Source of the DNA: an uncultured bacterium
Lineage (GTDB): Bacteria > Armatimonadota > Hebobacteria > Hebobacterales > Hebobacteraceae
Reading direction: 5' to 3'
DNA length: 64,000 bases
NCBI GenBank assembly: GCA_964385645.1
Contig: CAYLPT010000188.1
Span: forward strand, 8,727 to 72,726
Shown here: positions 26,170-39,241 of the stretch, one piece after another
Layout of the letters: each line of letters opens with the position of its first letter
Numbering within the stretch: the stretch's first letter is position 1
Made by a program: the position numbers and the translations under genes
Notes under the pieces: generated by a model
Told to the model about the DNA's origin: nothing
Seen by the model: only the letters and a program-made list of their open reading frames with translations
The model's database searches: none

Positions 26170-27507
26170 CTAGCCCGCGACGGCGCCCACTTGCTCGGCC
26201 GTAACGCGGACGATGAGCAGGGTCATGTCGTCCCGGCGCCGGCCGGCGCGTCCGAAGGCGTTGGCGAACTCGAAGGCCGCCTGGGCCATCGCCGAGGCGC
26301 TCGGCGCGCTGCGCTGCGCCTGGAGGGCCTCCAGGAAGCGCTCCCGACCGAGCAGCCGGCCGCTCCTGTCCGCGACCTCGGTCACGCCGTCGGTGAACAG
26401 GGCCAGGATATCGCCGGTGTGGAGGGGCAGCGAGCGCTCGCCGTACTGCGCGTCGCCCTCGACGCCCAGCACGATGCCGGTGCCATCCAGGGAAACGGGG
26501 TCGCCTGCGGCGGGAAGCAGGACCGGGGGTTCGTGACCGGCGTTGGCCCAGGAGAGGGAGCCGGCCTCGAGGTCGAGTACGACGACGCAGAGGCCGATGA
26601 AGACCTCCGGGTCCACCTTCCCGGCGATCTCGTCCACGACCACGGCGTTCACCTCGCGCAGGACGGCCGCGAGGGAGCTTTCCCGGCGCAGGGCGAGGCG
26701 CAGGGTGGAGTGAAAGGTGGGCAGGTAGCGGAGGCCGGCGCTGCGCTTGCCGCACACATCGGCGATGCAGACCCCGGTGCGCCGGTCGCCGAGGGGGACG
26801 ACGGTGAAGTAGTCGCCGGCGTAGTAGGTCGCGGCGGGGCGGAACTGGTGGCCGATGTCGAGCCCGGGCCGCCGGGGCAGGTTCGTGGGTCGCATGATGT
26901 CGTCAACCTCGCGCGCCGCGCGCATCTGGCCCTCGTAGCGATCGAGCGCGGCGCGGCTCTCCGCCAGGGCGCGCTGCTGCTGGCGCTGGGTCTCGAGGAA
27001 GACGCTGAGCACCCCCGCGGTGATGATGAGCAAGCCGACCTGGAGCAGTATGGTGTCGGGGGGGGCGGCGAGGGATCCATCAGGCAGGGGGGCGGCGCAG
27101 ATGGCGACGGTGTAGAGCACCGACGCGAGCACCGCGGCGGCGAGGGCGCCCAGGGTGCCGAACCAGAGCCCGGCGACGATGGTGACGGGGTAGTAGAGGG
27201 CGAAGAAGCGCGCGCAGTCCACCCGACAGAAGTAGATCCAGAGGCTGACAAGCAGCAGGTCAACGACCACGACGACGGATCGGGGGAAGCCCAGGCCCTG
27301 AACGTAGATGACGAAGAGGGCGAGGTTGTACAGGGCCCCGAGGATGACGGTGACGGTGAAGAGCGCGCCGAGCGCGCCGCGGGCATGGATGAACTGGGGA
27401 GAGAAGATGATCAGGAGCAGGAAAAGCGTACGGAACACCGCCACTGCGATCTCGGTGTTCCGGCCGCGCCATACGGCCTCCTGGCTGCGAGGTGGGATGG
27501 CAGACAT
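26170..27507 (-). CDS. membrane-bound PP2C/SpoIIE-family serine phosphatase (RsbU-like)
   Basis: About 6 N-terminal TM helices. PP2C core: YAGDYFTVVP..VCIADVCGK..ANAGHEPPVLL..LFTDGVTE. Confidence 0.75.
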   Translation of the reverse strand: MSAIPPRSQEAVWRGRNTEIAVAVFRTLFLLLIIFSPQFIHARGALGALFTVTVILGALYNLALFVIYVQGLGFPRSVVVVVDLLLVSLWIYFCRVDCARFFALYYPVTIVAGLWFGTLGALAAAVLASVLYTVAICAAPLPDGSLAAPPDTILLQVGLLIITAGVLSVFLETQRQQQRALAESRAALDRYEGQMRAAREVDDIMRPTNLPRRPGLDIGHQFRPAATYYAGDYFTVVPLGDRRTGVCIADVCGKRSAGLRYLPTFHSTLRLALRRESSLAAVLREVNAVVVDEIAGKVDPEVFIGLCVVVLDLEAGSLSWANAGHEPPVLLPAAGDPVSLDGTGIVLGVEGDAQYGERSLPLHTGDILALFTDGVTEVADRSGRLLGRERFLEALQAQRSAPSASAMAQAAFEFANAFGRAGRRRDDMTLLIVRVTAEQVGAVAG

Positions 27508-27604
27508 GGGGTGGGCCCGGGGGCGTGGGAAGGGGTTCGGCGCCCCGGCGGCGAATCCTCCTCGCTCGCGCGGCGCCGGGCGCGCATGGCGAGATCGCGC
27601 CCAG

Positions 27605-27621
27605 GTATGGTATATCCATAC
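27605..27621. promoter_or_regulatory. AT-rich 17-bp palindrome GTATGG-TATAT-CCATAC in a divergent intergenic region
   Basis: Perfect 6-bp inverted arms around TATAT. It is the only AT-rich patch between the PP2C and M23 genes and overlaps TGgTATATC / TATGGT -10-like strings. Confidence 0.4.
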
Positions 27622-27711
27622 GGCTCAAGCGCGGCGCGCGGCGGCGAGGTGACGCCGCGGGCGGGGGTCTTCACCGGTCGTCGAGTACTAGTCCGCGTGT
27701 GGGGGTTGCCG

Positions 27712-28881
27712 ATGCGTGTGTGTCCGCGGCGGCGGATGCGAGTCGCCTTTCTCATCTTCGCAGCCATCGCCTTCTCCGCGGCCGGCGGGGCTTTGGCCGG
27801 CCGTGGCGCGCTCACCCCGGATGTTGAGGAGCTGACGGAGCGGCTCGACTCGCTCCAGCGCCGGCGCCAGGAGCTCGAGGGTCGGCTCTCCTCTGTCCGC
27901 ACCCAACAGCGCCGCGTCACCCGCGAGCTCGACCGCATTGATGCCAAGCTGCAGCGGGCCGAGCAGAGCCTGCGCGAGGTCGGCCGCAGCATGTCCCAGA
28001 CGCGATCGGCCCTCTCCGAGGCCACGCGGGAGGCGAAGGCGGCGGAGCTGCGGCTTGCGAACCACCGGGACTCGGTCGCGGCGCGGCTCGTCGCCGTCTA
28101 CCAGCAGGGCGAGGTCACCCCGGTCGCAGTGCTGGTCAACGCGACCAGCTACACCGACTTCGCCAACCGGCTGTATCTCCTCAACCAGGTCGTGAGCAGT
28201 GACGCCCGCCTGCTGGAGGAGCTGGAGGAGGCCCTCGCCGACGCCTACGCGCGCCGGGAGCGGGTCCGCGCGGAGGAGCGCCGCCTGGCGGGACTTCAGG
28301 AGCAGATCGCGGTCGAGCGCCGTCAGGTGGCGGAGGAGCGCACCGCCACCGAGCGTGAGAAGGAGCGCATCCTGCGCGACCGCGCGGCGTGGGAGCGGGC
28401 CCTGGCCGAGCTGGAGGAGGACTCCCGCGAGATCGAGGCCATGCTCCAGCGCCTCCAGCGCACTCCGGAGGGCCAGGACCGGCTCACCACTCCCTGGATC
28501 GGCCGCATGTTGCGGCCGGTGGAGGGCCGCATCAGCTCCGGCTACGGCTACCGGATGCACCCCATCTTCCGCGTCCGCAGGATGCACACCGGCATTGACG
28601 TCGCGGCGCCGGCGGGCACGCCCATCCGCGCCGCCGCGCCCGGGGTCGTCGTGCACGCGGGGCGCTGGGGCGGCTACGGCAACTGCGTCATCCTCGACCA
28701 CGGCGGCGGCCTGGCCACGCTCTACGCGCACTGCTCCGAGCTCGCGGTCGCCGTCGGGCAGGAGGTCTCCCAGGGCCAGATCATCGGCTATGTGGGCAGC
28801 ACCGGGCTGGCCACCGGCCCGCACCTGCACTTCGAGGTTCGCCGAGACGGTCGCCCCGTGGATCCCAGCGGCTATCTCTGA
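27712..28881 (+). CDS. M23 (LytM) peptidase with long N-terminal coiled coil (EnvC-like)
   Basis: Signal/anchor MRVAFLIFAAIAFSAAGGALA, then a heptad-rich Arg/Glu/Leu region. M23 motifs: HTGIDVAAPAGTPIRAAAPG, LYAHCS, GSTGLATGPHLHFEV. Confidence 0.8.
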   Translation: MRVCPRRRMRVAFLIFAAIAFSAAGGALAGRGALTPDVEELTERLDSLQRRRQELEGRLSSVRTQQRRVTRELDRIDAKLQRAEQSLREVGRSMSQTRSALSEATREAKAAELRLANHRDSVAARLVAVYQQGEVTPVAVLVNATSYTDFANRLYLLNQVVSSDARLLEELEEALADAYARRERVRAEERRLAGLQEQIAVERRQVAEERTATEREKERILRDRAAWERALAELEEDSREIEAMLQRLQRTPEGQDRLTTPWIGRMLRPVEGRISSGYGYRMHPIFRVRRMHTGIDVAAPAGTPIRAAAPGVVVHAGRWGGYGNCVILDHGGGLATLYAHCSELAVAVGQEVSQGQIIGYVGSTGLATGPHLHFEVRRDGRPVDPSGYL

Positions 28882-28897
28882 TTCCCCGCCGCTCCGT

Positions 28898-28926
28898 TTG
28901 ACACCCCGTGCCCTCGGCGGTAGAAT
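28898..28926 (+). promoter_or_regulatory. sigma70-type promoter TTGACA-N17-TAGAAT upstream of cimA
   Basis: A consensus -35 and a near-consensus -10 with optimal spacing, in an otherwise GC-rich context. Confidence 0.6.
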
Positions 28927-28960
28927 CAGGCCGGGTTCCGATCCACGACTTGCGCCCGCA

Positions 28961-29000
28961 GGCCGCCCCGGCCCCCGGCCGGCCGGCGGCCCGATTCTTT
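28961..29000 (+). terminator. GC-rich hairpin + U-tract in the cimA 5' leader (attenuator, or terminator of the M23 gene)
   Basis: GGCCGCC CCGGCC ccc GGCCGG cc GGCGGCC, followed by CGAUUCUUU. The SD AAGGAGGG starts 7 nt further on. Confidence 0.45.
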
Positions 29001-29018
29001 GAGCACAAGGAGGGTCTC

Positions 29019-30608
29019 GTGAGCGACCTCGTGCTCTACGACACCACGCTCCGCGACGGCGCGCAGACCGAGGGCATCTCCTTCTCGGTGGACGACAAGC
29101 TCAAGATCGCGAGCAAGCTCGACGAGCTCGGCGTCCACTACATCGAGGGCGGCTTCGCCGCCCCCGCCAACCGCAGCGATGCAGAGTTCTTCGCTCGCAT
29201 GAGGGAGAGGCCCCTGCGCAACGCGCGCCTGGTCGCCTTCGCCATGACCCGCCGCGCAAACACGAAGGCCGACCAGGACCCCGGGCTGCGCAACCTCATC
29301 ACGCTCGGCGCGCCGGTGGCCGCGCTGGTGGCGAAGACCTGGGACCTCCACGTCACCGAGGCGCTCCGCGTCTCACTGGAGGAGAACCTGCGGATGATCG
29401 CCGACTCCATCCACTACCTCAAGGGGCACGGCCTGGAGGTCGGCTTCGACGCCGAGCACTACTTCGACGGCTGCCTCGGCAACCGCGGGTACGCGCTGGA
29501 TTGCCTGCGCGCGGCGGAGGAGGCAGGCGCGGACTGGATCTGCCTGTGCGATACCAACGGCGGCGCGCTCCCGGAGCAGGTGCGGGAGGGCGTCCGCGCC
29601 GCGGCGGAGGCGGTCTCGGTCCCCCTGGGCATCCATGCTCACAACGACGCCGAGCTGGCGGTGGCGAACACGCTGGCGGCGGTGGAGGCCGGGGCCACTC
29701 AGGTGCAGGGCACCATCAACGGCTACGGCGAGCGCTGCGGAACCGCCAACCTGTGCTCGGTCATCCCCAACCTGGCCCTCAAGCTGAACCGCCCCTGCCT
29801 GAGCGGAGAGCAGCTCGAGCAGCTCTACGAGACCGCGCACTTCGTGGCCTCGGTGGCGAACATGCCCCCGCCCGAGCGCGATCCCTACGTGGGCCGCAGC
29901 GCTTTCGCCCACAAGGGCGGGATGCACGTCGACGCGATGCTCAAGCACCCCAAGACCTATGAGCACATCCGTCCCGAGCTGGTCGGCAACGAGCGCCGCT
30001 TCCTGGTCTCCGACCAGGCGGGCCGGAGCGCGGTCATCTTCAAGGCCCAGGCGCTGGATCTGGGCATAGACAAGGACTCCCCCCAGGCCCAGCAGATCCT
30101 GGAGCGGCTGAAGGAGATGGAGCACGCGGGCTATCAGTTCGACGGTGCGGAGGCCTCCTTCGAGCTGATGGTGCGCAAGAGCGTAGGCCTCTACCGGCCG
30201 CGCTTCCAGCTCGAGGGCTTCCGGGTGATCGTCGAGAAGGAGCGCTCCGGCGAGATCAAGACCGAGGCCACCATAAAGGTCCAGGTGGACGGGGTGCAGG
30301 AGCACACCGCCGCCGAGGGCGACGGCCCCGTGCACGCGCTGGACAACGCCCTGCGCAAGGCGCTCGAGCGCTTCTACCCCGAGCTGCGGGAGATCCGCCT
30401 CACCGACTTCAAGGTGCGGGTCGTCAACGCCCCCGAGCAAGCCACCGCCGCCGCGGTGAGGGTGATGGTGGAGTCCCGTGCGGGGGCCGACACCTGGACC
30501 ACGGTGGGGGTACACACCAACATCATCGAGGCGAGCTGGCAGGCGCTGGTGGACGGCGTCGAGTACGGCCTGCTCAGACGACTGGAGAGCGAGGGCGAGC
30601 CCGCATAG
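29019..30608 (+). CDS. cimA: (R)-citramalate synthase / LeuA-family
   Basis: GTG preceded by AAGGAGGG. N-terminus LVLYDTTLRDGAQTEGISFSVDDKLKIASKLDELGVHYIEGGF. About 529 aa with a LeuA-type C-terminal regulatory domain. Confidence 0.75.
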   Translation: MSDLVLYDTTLRDGAQTEGISFSVDDKLKIASKLDELGVHYIEGGFAAPANRSDAEFFARMRERPLRNARLVAFAMTRRANTKADQDPGLRNLITLGAPVAALVAKTWDLHVTEALRVSLEENLRMIADSIHYLKGHGLEVGFDAEHYFDGCLGNRGYALDCLRAAEEAGADWICLCDTNGGALPEQVREGVRAAAEAVSVPLGIHAHNDAELAVANTLAAVEAGATQVQGTINGYGERCGTANLCSVIPNLALKLNRPCLSGEQLEQLYETAHFVASVANMPPPERDPYVGRSAFAHKGGMHVDAMLKHPKTYEHIRPELVGNERRFLVSDQAGRSAVIFKAQALDLGIDKDSPQAQQILERLKEMEHAGYQFDGAEASFELMVRKSVGLYRPRFQLEGFRVIVEKERSGEIKTEATIKVQVDGVQEHTAAEGDGPVHALDNALRKALERFYPELREIRLTDFKVRVVNAPEQATAAAVRVMVESRAGADTWTTVGVHTNIIEASWQALVDGVEYGLLRRLESEGEPA

Positions 30609-30623
30609 CGGCCCGCGGGAAGG

Positions 30624-31031
30624 TCAGGGGTTGGGCTGCGACTCGGCCTGGGCGCCCTCCTTCTGGGCCTGCCGTCTCCGGTAGTCCTCGATCGCGGACT
30701 TCAGCGCCTGCTCGGCGAGCACCGAGCAGTGCATCTTGAGCGGCGGCAGCCCCCCCAGCTCCTCGGCCACCGCGCGGTTGCTGATCTCCAGCGCCTCCTC
30801 GAGGGTCTTGCCCTTCACCAACTCGGTCACCATGCTGCTGGTGGCGATGGCCGCCCCACAGCCGAAGGTCCGGAAGCGGGCGTCGGTGATGACCCCGTCC
30901 TGGACCTTGATGGTGAGCTCCATGATATCCCCGCAGACGGGGTTCCCGACCTTGCCCACCCCGTCGGCGTCCTCAATCACCCCCACATTGCGTGGGTTGC
31001 GGAAATGCTCCATCACCTTCTCGCTATACAC
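30624..31031 (-). CDS. iscU: Fe-S cluster scaffold IscU/NifU-N
   Basis: GTG preceded by GGAGGAGGA. Motifs: YSEKVMEHFRNPRNVG, NPVCGD, FGCGAAIA, HCSVLA. Confidence 0.85.
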   Translation of the reverse strand: MYSEKVMEHFRNPRNVGVIEDADGVGKVGNPVCGDIMELTIKVQDGVITDARFRTFGCGAAIATSSMVTELVKGKTLEEALEISNRAVAEELGGLPPLKMHCSVLAEQALKSAIEDYRRRQAQKEGAQAESQPNP

Positions 31032-31083
31032 GGCGCGCTCTCCTCCTCCGCCCGCGCAGGCGCGCAGAACGGTAACACAACGC

Positions 31084-31548
31084 CTACCCAGCGTCAACGG
31101 CGGCCCGCGCTTCGGCCTCCAGCAGGAGCGTGACCGGCCCGTCGTTGACCAGCTCGACCGCCATGCGGGCCTGGAAGACGCCCGTTTCCACGGGCAGCCC
31201 GGCCTCCCGCAGCCGCCTCACAAACACCTCATATAGCCGCTCCGCCTGCTCCGGCGGCGCGGCCTCCGTGAAGCTGGGGCGCCGGCCCCGGCGGCAGTCG
31301 CCCAGGAGCGTGAACTGGCTGACCACCAGCACCCCACCCTCCACCTCTCCCACGGACAGGTTCATCTTGCCGGCGCCATCCTCGAAGATGCGCAGACCGG
31401 CGACCTTGTCGGCGAGCCAACGGGCCTGCGGCTCGCCGTCTCCCCTCGCCACCCCCAGCAGCACCAGCAGGCCCCGGCCCAGGGAGGCGACCACGTCGCC
31501 GTCCACCACGACCCGGGCGGAGCTGACTCGCTGGACCACCGCGCGCAC
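31084..31548 (-). CDS. dtd: D-aminoacyl-tRNA deacylase
   Basis: [42 protein letters not shown] is the canonical Dtd pattern. Confidence 0.85.
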   Translation of the reverse strand: MRAVVQRVSSARVVVDGDVVASLGRGLLVLLGVARGDGEPQARWLADKVAGLRIFEDGAGKMNLSVGEVEGGVLVVSQFTLLGDCRRGRRPSFTEAAPPEQAERLYEVFVRRLREAGLPVETGVFQARMAVELVNDGPVTLLLEAEARAAVDAG

Positions 31549-31563
31549 GGGGCGCCGCCGCGG

Positions 31564-32055
31564 CTAGTCCTTCGCCCCCCTCCGGGGCTTGGGGAGGGCG
31601 CGCAGCAGGTCGGCCATCTCGATGGCGGACAGCGCGGCGTCGGCGCCGCGGTTACCGGCCTTGGTGCCCGCGCGCTCAATGGCCTGCTCGATGGTATCGG
31701 CAGTCAGTACGCCGTAGATCACCGGCAGCCCGGTCTGGAGAGAGACCGCGGCGATGCCCTTGGCGGCCTCCGAGGCGACGTACTCGAAGTGGGGGGTGTC
31801 GCCGCGGATGATGGCGGCCAGGCAGATGACCGCGTCGTAGCGCCCGCTCTCGGCCAGCCGCCGGGCGACCAGGGGCAGCTCGAAGGCCCCCGGCGCCCAG
31901 GCGACTTCGGCGGCCTCCTCGGCGGCGCCGTGGCGCGCCAGCGCGTCAAGCGCTCCCGACAACAGCCGGCGGGTGATGAGTTCGTTGAACCGGCTCACGA
32001 CGATGCCGAAGCGGAGCCCTTCGGCGAGCAGCTTGCCCTCGTAGACGGTCGTCAC
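31564..32055 (-). CDS. ribH: 6,7-dimethyl-8-ribityllumazine synthase
   Basis: [47 protein letters not shown]. Confidence 0.9.
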   Translation of the reverse strand: MTTVYEGKLLAEGLRFGIVVSRFNELITRRLLSGALDALARHGAAEEAAEVAWAPGAFELPLVARRLAESGRYDAVICLAAIIRGDTPHFEYVASEAAKGIAAVSLQTGLPVIYGVLTADTIEQAIERAGTKAGNRGADAALSAIEMADLLRALPKPRRGAKD

Positions 32056-33308
32056 CGCTGCGCCTCCTTCCCGTCCCCATCCCCGTCCTCAAGCGGCCCC
32101 GACAGCAGGTGCCCCAGCTTCTCCCGCTTGGCCCTCAGGTAGCCGCGGTTCACCTCATTGGGGGGCACCTCGAGGGGCACCCGCTCCACCACCCGGATCC
32201 CCATCCCCTCGATGCCCACCACCTTGCCGGGGTTGTTGGTCAGCAGCCTGATCTCGCACAGGCCCAGGTCGGCGAGGATCTGCGCGCCGATGCCATAGTC
32301 CCGGATGTCGGGCGCGAAGCCGAGGAGGCGGTTCGCCTCCACGGTGTCGTGGCCGTGCTCCTGGAGCTCGTAGGCGCGCAGCTTGTTGATGAGGCCGATG
32401 CCGCGCCCTTCCTGCTGAATATAGAGCAGCACGCCCGACCCCTCTTGCACGATCAGCTCCAGGGCGCGCTCGAGCTGGTCGCCACAGTCGCAGCGGAGGG
32501 AGTGGAGCACGTCCCCGGTAAGGCAGCTCGAGTGAACACGCACCAGGGTGGGCCCAGGCCCGACCTCGCCGTGGACCAGCGCGAGGTAGGGCTTGGTGTC
32601 CACGAGGCTCTCATAGGCGTGGACGGTGAAGTCCCCAAAGCGCGTCGGGATGTGGGAGGTGGCGGCGCGGCGGACCAGCTTCTCGCGGCTGCGCCGGTGC
32701 TGGATGATGGACGCGACGGTCACTATGTGGATGCCGTGGCGGCGCGCGAACTCCATCAGCCATGGCAGCCGCGCCATGGTGCCGTCCTCGGCCAGTATCT
32801 CACAGATCACCGCGGCCGGCGCCAGCCCGGCCAGCCGCGCCAGGTCCAACGAGGCCTCGGTGTGTCCGGCTCGCGCCAGGACCAGCCCATCCTTGGCCTC
32901 CAGCGGGAACACATGCCCGGGCCGCGCCAGGTCCTCGGGCCGCGTGCTGGGGTCAATGAGCGCCCGGATGGTGGCCGCCCGGTCGTGCGCGGAGATGCCA
33001 GTGGTCGTGCCCCGCTTGGCGTCCACCGAGACGGTGAAGGCCGTCCCCATCGGCGCCGTGTTCTCCTTCACCATGGGGTGCAGATCGAGCTCCCGCAGCC
33101 GCTCCCGGGTCATCGAGACGCAGATCAGCCCGCGGGCCTCGCGGGCCAGGAAGTTGACCGCCTCGGGGGTGGCGAACTCGGCCGCGATGGTCAGGTCGCC
33201 CTCGTTCTCGCGGTCCTCGTCATCCACGATGATGAGGAAGCGGCCGCGCCGGAAGTCCTCGACCGCGGTCTCCACCGGCACGATCGGGTTGTCGTTCTCG
33301 TCGGCCAT
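32052..33308 (-). CDS. ribBA: bifunctional 3,4-dihydroxy-2-butanone-4-phosphate synthase / GTP cyclohydrolase II
   Basis: [51 protein letters not shown]. The 4-nt overlap with ribH indicates translational coupling. Confidence 0.9.
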   Translation of the reverse strand: MADENDNPIVPVETAVEDFRRGRFLIIVDDEDRENEGDLTIAAEFATPEAVNFLAREARGLICVSMTRERLRELDLHPMVKENTAPMGTAFTVSVDAKRGTTTGISAHDRAATIRALIDPSTRPEDLARPGHVFPLEAKDGLVLARAGHTEASLDLARLAGLAPAAVICEILAEDGTMARLPWLMEFARRHGIHIVTVASIIQHRRSREKLVRRAATSHIPTRFGDFTVHAYESLVDTKPYLALVHGEVGPGPTLVRVHSSCLTGDVLHSLRCDCGDQLERALELIVQEGSGVLLYIQQEGRGIGLINKLRAYELQEHGHDTVEANRLLGFAPDIRDYGIGAQILADLGLCEIRLLTNNPGKVVGIEGMGIRVVERVPLEVPPNEVNRGYLRAKREKLGHLLSGPLEDGDGDGKEAQR

Positions 33309-33311
33309 CGC

Positions 33312-33962
33312 TCACTCCCCCTCCCCAAGCCAAGCAATCAACTTCTCCGTCGCCTCCCGACCACCCCCCGTCTCCAGCAGGCGCGCGAGGTGCTTGGCGA
33401 TCAGATCCGCCTCCATGTTCGCCCGATCGCCGGCCTGCAGGTCGCCCAGCGTCGTCGCCGCCAGCGTCTTCCCGACGAGGGCCACCGAGAACCGGCGCCC
33501 CCTGGGCTCCCGCACGGTCAGGCTCACCCCGTCGAGGGCCACCGACCCCTGGTCCACCAGATAGCGCTCCAGCCCGGCCGGGCACAGCAGCTCCACCAGC
33601 CGCGTCTCGCCCCGGTCGTGGGCCGACAGCACCTCTGCCACCCCGTCCACATGCCCGGCCACCAGATGGCCGCCGAGTCGGTCGCCCAGCCGCAGCGGCC
33701 GCTCGAGGTTGACCCGGGCGCCTGGGCGCGCGGCGCCCAGGGTGGTCAGCTCCCGCGTCTCGGGCAGCAGGCTGGCCCGGAAGCCCTCGGCGTCCACGCC
33801 CTCGACGGTGAGGCAGACGCCATTCACCGAGATGCTGTCGCCGGCCCGCAGACCCTCCAGGACCCGGCGCGCTCGGACGCCCAGGCGCGAAGCGCCGCCG
33901 GCCCCACCGCCACTGCGGACCTCGCTAACGGTCCCGATCTCCTCTGTCAGCCCGGTGAACAC
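33312..33962 (-). CDS. ribE: riboflavin synthase (alpha chain)
   Basis: MFTGLTEEIG..GDSISVNGVCLTV..NLERPLRLGDRLGGHLVAGHVDG..GSVALDGVSLTV. Confidence 0.9.
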   Translation of the reverse strand: MFTGLTEEIGTVSEVRSGGGAGGASRLGVRARRVLEGLRAGDSISVNGVCLTVEGVDAEGFRASLLPETRELTTLGAARPGARVNLERPLRLGDRLGGHLVAGHVDGVAEVLSAHDRGETRLVELLCPAGLERYLVDQGSVALDGVSLTVREPRGRRFSVALVGKTLAATTLGDLQAGDRANMEADLIAKHLARLLETGGGREATEKLIAWLGEGE

Positions 33963-33968
33963 AGCGCC

Positions 33969-35099
33969 TCAGCCTCCCACGCGGCCAGTGATAAGCAGGT
34001 CCTCCCCCACCCTGCGCACGCGGATCCGCTCCACCTCCCACGCCTGCGACAGCGCCCGGCCCTCTCCCTCGATGGGCGTCAGGGCGCCCCGACCGCCCAC
34101 CAGCCTCGGCGCCACGAAGAAGTATACCCGATCCACCAGGCCGGCCTCCAGCACCGCCGCGGCCAGCGTGCCGCCGGACTCGACAAGCACGCTCTGCACG
34201 CCCAGCTCCCCGAGCCGCTCCAGCAGCGCGCCCAGGTTGACTCGTCCCCCCTGGGAGGGGAGCACCCACACCTGCGCGCCAGCTGCCTCCAGCCGGCGGC
34301 GGCGCGCCGCGGGGGCGTGCTCTGTGACGGCGATCACGGGGGCCCGCGAGGCGGCGACGAGGAGGCGCGCGGTGGGCGGCGTCCGCGCCCGGCTGTCGGC
34401 AGCGACGCGCAAGGGCTCGCGGCCCCCACGGGCGCGCCCCCGCAGACGCGCGGTAAGCTCGGGGTCGTCGGCCCGCACCGTCCCCACCCCGGTTAGCACG
34501 GCATCGTGCCAGGAGCGCAGCCTCCTCCCGTAGGCCCGCGCCCGCTCGCCGGTGATCCACTTGGACTCCCCGGCAGCGGTGGCGATCTTGCCGTCCAGGG
34601 TCATCGCCGCCTTCAGCGCAACGAAGGGCTGCCCCGTGGCCGTGTGCTTGAGGTAGGCCTCGTTCAGCTCCTGGGCCTCCGCCTCCAGCAGCCCGACCTG
34701 CGCGCTGATGCCCGCGGCGCGCAGGGCCGCCAGGCCTTTGCCGTTCACCCTCGGATTCGGGTCCCGGCAGGCCGCGACCACCCGCGCCACGCCGGCCCCG
34801 ATCAAGGCCTCGGTGCAGGGCGGGGTGCGGCCCCAGTGGCAGCACGGCTCGAGCGTGACGTACACTGTCGCGCCGCGGGCGGCGCCGCCGGCGGCCTGCA
34901 GGGCGTTCACCTCCGCGTGCGGGCCGCCGAGCTCGCGGTGCCAGCCCTCGCCCACCACCCGCCCGCCCTTGACGATGACCGCGCCCACCATCGGGTTCGG
35001 GCTCGTGCGGCCGCGGCCGCGGGAGGCGAGCCGGAGCGCCCGGCGCATCCATGCCGCCTCATCGGTCGGCCCGCCGGAGCCGCGGCGGGCGGGCCTCAT
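33969..35099 (-). CDS. ribD: bifunctional diaminohydroxyphosphoribosylaminopyrimidine deaminase / 5-amino-6-(5-phosphoribosylamino)uracil reductase
   Basis: NPMVGAVIV..HAEVNAL..ATVYVTLEPCCHWGRTPPC, then the reductase half. The start ATG overlaps the upstream stop (ATGA). Confidence 0.9.
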   Translation of the reverse strand: MRPARRGSGGPTDEAAWMRRALRLASRGRGRTSPNPMVGAVIVKGGRVVGEGWHRELGGPHAEVNALQAAGGAARGATVYVTLEPCCHWGRTPPCTEALIGAGVARVVAACRDPNPRVNGKGLAALRAAGISAQVGLLEAEAQELNEAYLKHTATGQPFVALKAAMTLDGKIATAAGESKWITGERARAYGRRLRSWHDAVLTGVGTVRADDPELTARLRGRARGGREPLRVAADSRARTPPTARLLVAASRAPVIAVTEHAPAARRRRLEAAGAQVWVLPSQGGRVNLGALLERLGELGVQSVLVESGGTLAAAVLEAGLVDRVYFFVAPRLVGGRGALTPIEGEGRALSQAWEVERIRVRRVGEDLLITGRVGG

Positions 35100-35515
35100 T
35101 CCTCGCCCTCACCCCCGCCCCCGGAGCCCTTGTCGGCCGGCCCGGGCGACAGGCTGCGGGCCACGAGCCTCGCCATGTCCCGCCACATCTCGTGCTGACG
35201 CTCGCGGAGCCGGCTCCCCACCTCTCTCATGTCCCACAGCATCACCAGCACCAGCGCGGCCGCCGCCGCCAGGCATCCCGACCAGAACCCGAGGAAGAGG
35301 GTCGGGTTGCGCGCCGGGTCGGTGAGCCTCAGCACCAGCAGGCCCAGGAAGATGGCCGCGCACAGCCCGATCAGGAGCACCCCTGCCACCAGCCGCAGCG
35401 CCAGCCGCCGCCGGGAGATCAGGTGTCGGCCGGCCCGGTACTGGCGGACCTCGACCAGCAACAGCGTGACCACGATGACGACGAGGAAGGACAGCCCAAG
35501 GGCGATCGCCGTCAT
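35096..35515 (-). CDS. small 3-TM membrane protein, first gene of the rib transcription unit (the longest-ORF start at 35563 lies inside the predicted promoter)
   Basis: MTAIALGLSFLVVIVVTLLLV.., plus two more helices and a Gly/Glu-rich tail. The stop overlaps the ribD start. Confidence 0.5.
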   Translation of the reverse strand: MTAIALGLSFLVVIVVTLLLVEVRQYRAGRHLISRRRLALRLVAGVLLIGLCAAIFLGLLVLRLTDPARNPTLFLGFWSGCLAAAAALVLVMLWDMREVGSRLRERQHEMWRDMARLVARSLSPGPADKGSGGGGEGEE

Positions 35516-35553
35516 CGCCGTCGCGCGCCTCGGCGAAGGGTTGCCATGGGCCG

Positions 35554-35582
35554 ATGATAGCACTCCCGGGGGGCCAAGGCAA
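35554..35582 (-). promoter_or_regulatory. promoter TTGCCT-N17-TATCAT for the membrane-protein/rib operon
   Basis: Read on the minus strand. The -10 lies 39 nt upstream of the ATG at 35515. Confidence 0.45.
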
Positions 35583-35612
35583 GCTCGGCGCCACGCCGCC
35601 GCTCGAGGTTCG

Positions 35613-35642
35613 TTGACACCCCGCGGGCCGCGATGCTATACT
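35613..35642 (+). promoter_or_regulatory. promoter TTGACA-N18-TATACT for mfd
   Basis: Consensus -35. The -10 ends 10 nt before the ATG at 35653 and no SD is present, which implies a (near-)leaderless mRNA. Confidence 0.55.
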
Positions 35643-35652
35643 GTCCGCGGCT

Positions 35653-39231
<3,579 letters not shown>

Positions 39232-39241
39232 GGAGAAGACC

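Noticed and set aside
28927-29018. ANTAR dual-hexaloop target motif, leader peptide or T-box in the cimA, rplS and atp leaders.
   Set aside because: The hairpin loops are 3-6 nt without the A1/G4 hexaloop pattern. The atp terminator has a GCAA tetraloop. There is no short ORF rich in regulatory codons, and the leaders are far shorter than T-boxes.
35516-35652. A possible FMN riboswitch upstream of the rib unit.
   Set aside because: The region is too short and lacks the conserved FMN-element sequence blocks. It is occupied instead by two divergent promoters.
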